NCBI RefSeq assembly: GCF_964204865.1
Contig: NC_135256.1
Span: forward strand, 6,076,001-6,140,000
DNA: 64,000 bases
Direction: 5' to 3'
Source of the DNA: Styela clava
Taxonomy: Eukaryota
Each line of letters starts with the position of its first letter. Within the stretch, counting starts at the first letter, position 1. Positions 57,606 through 64,000 of the stretch are shown in pieces. The translations under genes were made by a program, and so were the position numbers. Under the pieces are notes generated by a model. It was not told where the DNA came from, searched no databases, and was given only the letters and a program-made list of their open reading frames with translations.

Positions 57606-60600
57606 CTTATAATTACTCCTTAAAGTTTAAGCAATGTCCATATCCCTAAATCAGGTTCGGGGTTGCAGAATTCCTCACCAAAATATCGCTAGGCTGTGTT
57701 TGAATAGCCGTCGCAACCTGGGTTAGCGCCGTTGTATTTAACACAAACTATAGGATTGGTAAATACAGAAATAGGCTATTGGCTGGAAACTAATCGAAAC
57801 AATCCAGTTCGGATTTGCAGAATTCTTCATAAAAGTATTTCCTCGAGTAGTATTTCGACGACATGGGGAGTTGGCTATTGTTTCCTACATTTCTGATATT
57901 GGCTGAAAACTAATCAAAACAATCCAGTTCGGGTTTGCAGAATTTTTCGAATCGAAACCGCAGTTTCTGTTTTGGGGGATCCCCTAACTTTCGATCGATA
58001 AGTCTTCGGTCTCTGACCGATATTCTCGTTTTCAATTTTGGTCGGCACGCGGAAGAATTTTGTCGTTGCATTTAACTGATTTTGGCACGCGAGCCGAAAA
58101 AGGTTGCCCACCCCTGGCCTATATTGTTGATTTTTCCGGCAATAGTAATAACAAAATAAAGCGTTGTTATTCTTTGAAATGGACGCTGTTTGCATACAAG
58201 CCTGGGCGTGATAGTGGGCGATGACCAACTGACCAACCGGCGCCCATGCGCGAACGATGCGTGGTCATATTTATGTGACCGCTCTTGGCAGCGTTCAATC
58301 TCCATTGTCGCTATTTCTGCTACTAGTAAACTGGCTTCTTAGTAAAAACAAACTCCATTTTGCTATACGAGAATACATAGATAGCCATTATGTATCAAAC
58401 CTATATTACAATCTATATGTTTTAACAACCTACCAGAACAAAACTATCAACTCCGCTTGGAATCAGATTGAAAGCTTGTAACCTTAAGCCTTTTGGGGAG
58501 TTGCTCACTACTTTTCTATCTATTATACATTTAGTTAGTCTACAGCTCGCAATCTTGCATTGATACAACTTATATAAACAGTAATCCCGCACCTTTAACG
58601 CAAATGTTGGCGAAATGAATCGTTCGTGAGATAGTTCCAGGTTTCAAAAAATATTATTTACACAATTAGCGTAACAGTTTGTGAGGAACAGAAATGAAAA
58701 GTTATTCTAAAAAGGATATAATTTTGTTTAATCTCTCGCACCCATGCCATTTTTCTTTTTGAGTTGAGCGAAGATTATTTGTATCTATGTACACACCTAT
58801 AAAGTATAACATGGCTGTTCCAACACTATAATTTATTCATAAGAAGTTGAAAATATCCGGGTATTGATTGATTACTTGAATTCTTGTCGCTGTTTGGAAA
58901 CATCGCGATGCAAAGGAATTGAAGGCGAAACGAGTGAGGCTTCCAAGTGCGAACCTAGAAAATGTCCTTTATGCTATGGAATGCAGCGACTGTCCTGGGA
59001 ATATAACGAAATAGAGATTAAGATATGATTGAATATAATCCAGGGTATTTGTTTATCAATGTAGTGGAAGGAAATTATATCAGATATGAAATGATTGATC
59101 TTTTTGAAACTCGGACATAGCTTGTTACAGTGAAATAGAAGTAGAATAGTTTATATTCATAGAATCACGTATATACAGTGATGCTAATTAATTCCTTCAC
59201 ATTTACAACTGGTAAATGCGACTCTGAACCAGTTTATCTAATTCTTTTATTTTTACATTTAATGTTTGAGTGCCAGTAGCGCTACATCGTGCAATGTTAA
59301 TTAATAGCAATTAACAAATAAAAAAAACCAAGTATACTGTAAGCCTGAAAAATGTAGCCATAGAATACAACAACTATAGCGTATGATTGGCGTCCATCAC
59401 TTACCTTTAAAATATCATCAGGAAAAATAAAACTTCAAAAAGGACAGATTTTCGCTTCTCGGTTTTCTTATCACACTATAGCGGATGCATGTATGTGCAC
59501 TGATAAAAATAAGATATTATTGCAGGAAAAACAAGGTGAATGTAGAACTATTGTTTGCCGCTTAATTTCTTCCGGATGTGTTCCATGTTAAAATAAACTA
59601 TAAAATATATTGAATTATAACATGGAAGATATTGCGAGATTCTTTCATTGTTAACGAAGGATGATGCGCGAATTTTTTTACTCGGAAGCAAAGCGAATTA
59701 AATTAGAAACAATCGAAGGTGACCGTGCAGTTAAGTTAATCTAGGTAGGATGGAAGGCAATCAGTACAAATACAAAAGGTTACGGTTAAAGTAGTCATGG
59801 AAACAATGACGTAAAATCGAGTTACACTTAGAAACTTCATGTACAAAATCGGTTTAATAATTAGCGTTGAATGCCTGGTTTAGGAATGTTATTTGCACCG
59901 ACTCAAGCATCTGCTTTCGTTAAGTCCGTATCTCAACCTATCCTCGTATGGGCCGATCAATTGATATCTGTTTGTTGTTGTCTTTGTTGTAATTAAGGTC
60001 AATGATTAGCTTCCTAGTTGCAGTTTGTTGTGCTTTGAACAAAGGAAACGGTTTAGCAGTTCATTTTATTGCTAGTTAGTCACAGTCGTCCCCGAACCTG
60101 AAAGCTGGGAGAGTGTTAGGGTATTGTGCACTGAATTGCAAATTCATTCTCCTTGTTTACTTCCTTCTTTGTATCTGTATGTGTTCGTTGCCACAGAAAT
60201 AGTATTATAGAGATGATAAAAATAGCATAATCTCTTTTCACAAAATAGCAAAGTATTAATTACAAAGTATATTAGTAAGTAGGCAGTTTGATAAATGTTT
60301 ATCTGAGAAAGTCTAACTTTGGTCAGACTAAACGTAACAGAAATATATTTGTGTTAGTGTGCAGCAAGACTCTTGAATTAATTAGTATATTAGTTAGTAT
60401 ATAAGTAAGCTTTTGTTATATCATAGTCTTAACTTCTCAAGACAAAACAAAATATAACCTAATCCAGTTTCATCTGAATGAGTTACACTATAATAATACT
60501 GTGCTAAAATTTGACGAATAAAAATTCCCTGAATACGCTAATAATAGAGTGTCCATAAAGCGGGGTAACATTTGGACCTTGCTATATAAGAAAATAATAC

Positions 60601-63600
60601 TTCATGTCTTATTTAGTCCCGCTAATCGTTTGGAATACAAGTTTGAGAAAATGTTTCTCGTGGTGAGCTTTTGAGTGAGTGTCGATACCTTGGCACCATT
60701 GCGCATATACAAACATACCTGCTTAATTTTCAGTAATGACATTCTTTCCTTGTATAGTTAATAGTAAAATAAATCATGCTTTTATATATCAAGGGAATTC
60801 CCAGTCATTGTATTCTTCGTTTTCCCTTTCTTGTAATAAAATAGAAGTGTCGGGAGAGTTTGATCTCAAAGTTTGGCCGTGAAATGTTATTACCGTTACT
60901 CTGATAGTTCAATGAATGTATTTTTTGCCAATTTTCTCGATTTTTCATATTTGGAAATAAAAGTTGACTAATGAAGGGCTGAAAAATAAAAATAATGTAA
61001 TAGTGAAATAAAATGTTGGATAGGTTTGCTTTCATCTGGTTACGTGAAAGTGTTTTCCGGTTTTCATGCGTATCAGATTAGACAGTGGGATGAGCGATTT
61101 CGCCGATGATGTATTAAAAATTATACAGACCGATTTACAATTTTGATAATTACAATTAAATCGCAATCGTATCAATGCTTTTCTTGTAATTTTTAAATTT
61201 CAAGTTGACATTTCACCAATGGTGTAAGAATTGGGTTTATTATGCAACTTGCGGGATTCTAATACTTGTATAACTGTGTATCAGTAAGTATGGGGTGTAC
61301 TAAGGTATTGTGTACTGAACTGCAAGTCCTTTCTTCTTGTTTACTTCCGATTGCGGATCCGTAGGTGTCAGTTGCCACAGGATGCTTAAACGAGATAGTA
61401 TTCTATTCCTATTTATTTATCATTAAGTACTTACCTTTAGTTGGTCCAAGCGAAAGGAGAGAATCCTTGTGAAAGGCATGTAACTTCATACGGAACATAC
61501 GCACGCTACAATTTTTTACATATAATATTATATGTACAAAGTGCAACCTTCAGTAATGTATTTGATTCAAGAATCTTGCTGAACGCTAACGCAAAATGTA
61601 TTTCTATATCGTTTCCTCTGACCGGGGTCAGATTTCTTCGGACGGCATTTTTTTTTTTTGAGTTACACGTTGCGTACGGATTCACCTCCCCAAAGGCATA
61701 AAGCAAGGACACATAACTAGCTTCGCGTAACCCCAACTGATAGTTACTTCAATAATGTAATTGTTATCCGGGATGAAACCTCAATAACTTACATTACATG
61801 GAATATTGAGCTAATATCTATGAAACTTTATAACAGTGTAATTAGGAACATGATTAGAATTGAATACAATTCATGCTGTGATGGTCAGCTCTCAGCAGGA
61901 TGTCCATGATCCGGTCAATGTTGGGCAATGAACGACACAGCTGCGAGAGAGAAATGTTGGTTGGTAGAATGATTACAATTTAGAATGTGACTTATGAAAA
62001 AAGTTTTGAATTGAATAGAATAGCCATTTACACTCTTGCTACAGCATCCTTGCGTAATACGCATACGGATCCACCTGCGCAAAGGCATAGAGAGCAAGGA
62101 AAGGTGGTTAGTTTCACGCAACCTCAACTGTTAGTCATGAAAAAAGGTTGTAGTACTTTTGTGCAAAAACGTTTGAATACAGCTGATTTTGAGTATACTT
62201 CTGTAAAGTGTAAATATGAAATTGATTTTATGGTTAGCTTGGGTTAGTTGGGCATAGACATAAAAGTTCGAGACAAACAGTCGGATTAGGCAAAGGCATT
62301 TGTGGCGAAGTTTATGATTTTCTACGGAAAGGTGTTTACGGAAACGACCATAGTATTTGAGAGACTGGAAAAGTGTCTGCATGAGAATTTTGAATTTTCC
62401 CTACTATGGTTCTGTTGTGTTTTTCGGGTCTAACGTTCTTGATCCCGAGATCATTTGGGATCCAAACTTATTCGATTACTATTTATGTTTGCGTTGTTCT
62501 TGTGTTGCCGTGATTGTTACAATATCGAGCTAAGAATAAATTAAATTAACTTCGATTAGTATTCGAAAAAATATAAATGTAGTAGAAACACGTTATGGAA
62601 ATACTGGCATTAAGTACAATGCAAGTATATACATTTATATATCCAGCGGCTTAATTTATTCCTACTTTTTTTGTCCCGTTGAAGTATTATAGATATAGAC
62701 ATTGGAAACGTCAGCATATAAAAAAAAACTTGAAATATTTGATTTTCACTAGTTCTGTACATAGGTGATAATCACTGTTACTTAAACTAGCACTCGTTCC
62801 AATTTGTGATTAGAAATGGTTTTTTATCGGTTGGACATAAATGAGCATAAAGAGTCAATGATTGGCACTTTACTTACGTGGAGTGATGTCCAGTCATATC
62901 AGGTGTGAAGTTGTTCGCACGAGGACAAGTAAAGTTAATCATAATCATCGCTAAAGGTGCAAATCCCCCGGTAAGGTATAACGCAGAATTGTCTGAAACA
63001 GATTTAGCTGTTGGATTTCGCGCTTTCGTGCGCGTTTCACGCTGTGCAAGTTGATTATGTGTGTAATCTAAACGTATCTAGGTTTATTATTTTCGATGTG
63101 GTGCTTGTTATAGGAGTTGATCAGGTTTGAAAGGAATGGCATGCTAGTGGTTCCCCTATTCAGTATTTATTCTAAGATACTAAATGAGCAGGGAGACAGG
63201 TAATATGGTCTATAAAAAGAGCTTGTAAATGAGTATTGTGCAAAACGCTTAGGATTTAATTAGCCACGAAGTCAATTCTATGAATTTTAAAGGCGGGTCG
63301 AGTGGTTGTGTAGAATTTTGCTGGGGATAAGAATGCATGCATGTCCATTTCGCACGTCTTGTATTAACTATATTACGCAAGATGTAATTGTTTGTGGTAT
63401 TATAGCAGCTGTGTATAGTGTTTTCATCGACCGGAGATGCACACATTACCGCGTCGTTTACAACAAATTGTCATAGATTCATGCTACAGGTTGCTACACG
63501 TTGCTATTTGCCAAGCCGCCAGAATAGACACGAATTGAAATAAAATTAGTCGAGCAAACAAGGCAGTAAAATGCAGGAATGTGCTATCACAAATGAGATT

Positions 63601-64000
63601 TCTCAAATTTAATTAAATAGAAACGAAATCACCAACGAGCAGTTCAATTATAGCCCAAGTCAGTTTGATAGGAGTATTTCATTTCAACTCGAGTTCAAGT
63701 TATGCGCCAAGTGATAAATATTCGACTGCTACTACACACGACCACACCTATATGTTTTACCATTTGGTAAAGGAAAGGCAGATGCTGTCTATAAATAAAT
63801 ATGATAAAACATGAATATATTGTGTAGCTACATGTTGTAATACTAAAATATTTTAGATATTTTCTTAGTGATGGGATAGCAGCTCAGACGATAACTTTAA
63901 CATGTTATGAGCGGAGAATCCTGAAGTATGTAAATAAAGTCAATGGCATCGTAGAGCACCAATTCATTAATTTAATGCTTAGTTAATTAATCAGGTAATT

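Larger units (their letters stand above)
55207..58116. mobile_element. Non-autonomous hAT-like element, 2.9 kb, with nested insertions
   Basis: TIR CAGGGGTGGGCAACC / GGTTGCCCACCCCTG; perfect 8-bp TSD gcctatat (55199-55206, 58117-58124); subterminal TGGCACGCGAGC repeats at both ends. Confidence 0.85.

Noticed and set aside
58885-59030. Cys-spaced peptide CKGIEGETSEASKCEPRKCP resembling a thrombospondin repeat end
   Set aside because: Lacks the WxxW and RxR motifs and usable splice sites; likely chance.

Overview
AT-rich animal genomic DNA; the intron style and dense MITE content suggest an invertebrate chordate such as an ascidian, but that is inference. The window is dominated by one plus-strand type IV collagen alpha1-class gene (COL4A1/3/5-like). 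I traced it by hand from the 7S domain (8013) to the stop codon (40573): 41 GT-AG exons in consistent phase, about 1,743 aa without the signal-peptide exon, which I could not locate. There is also one extra, hard-to-see 96-nt exon (15699-15794). This exon and the 72-nt exon at 17239-17310 look like a duplicated, probably mutually exclusive pair encoding alternative triple-helix interruptions. They sit in an intron with a ~545-nt AG-depleted zone and STAR/QKI-, RBFOX-, MBNL- and CELF-type motifs. The NC1 domain carries a ~32-aa Pro/Thr-rich C-terminal extension and one intron at a non-vertebrate position. Introns and the ~23 kb downstream region, where I found no supportable gene, are filled with non-autonomous elements: Merlin-like MITEs, Tc1/mariner-like MITEs, hAT-like MITEs (one nested composite), a tRNA-derived SINE, Helentron/DINE-1-like elements, and Penelope-like repeats with a hammerhead-like motif.
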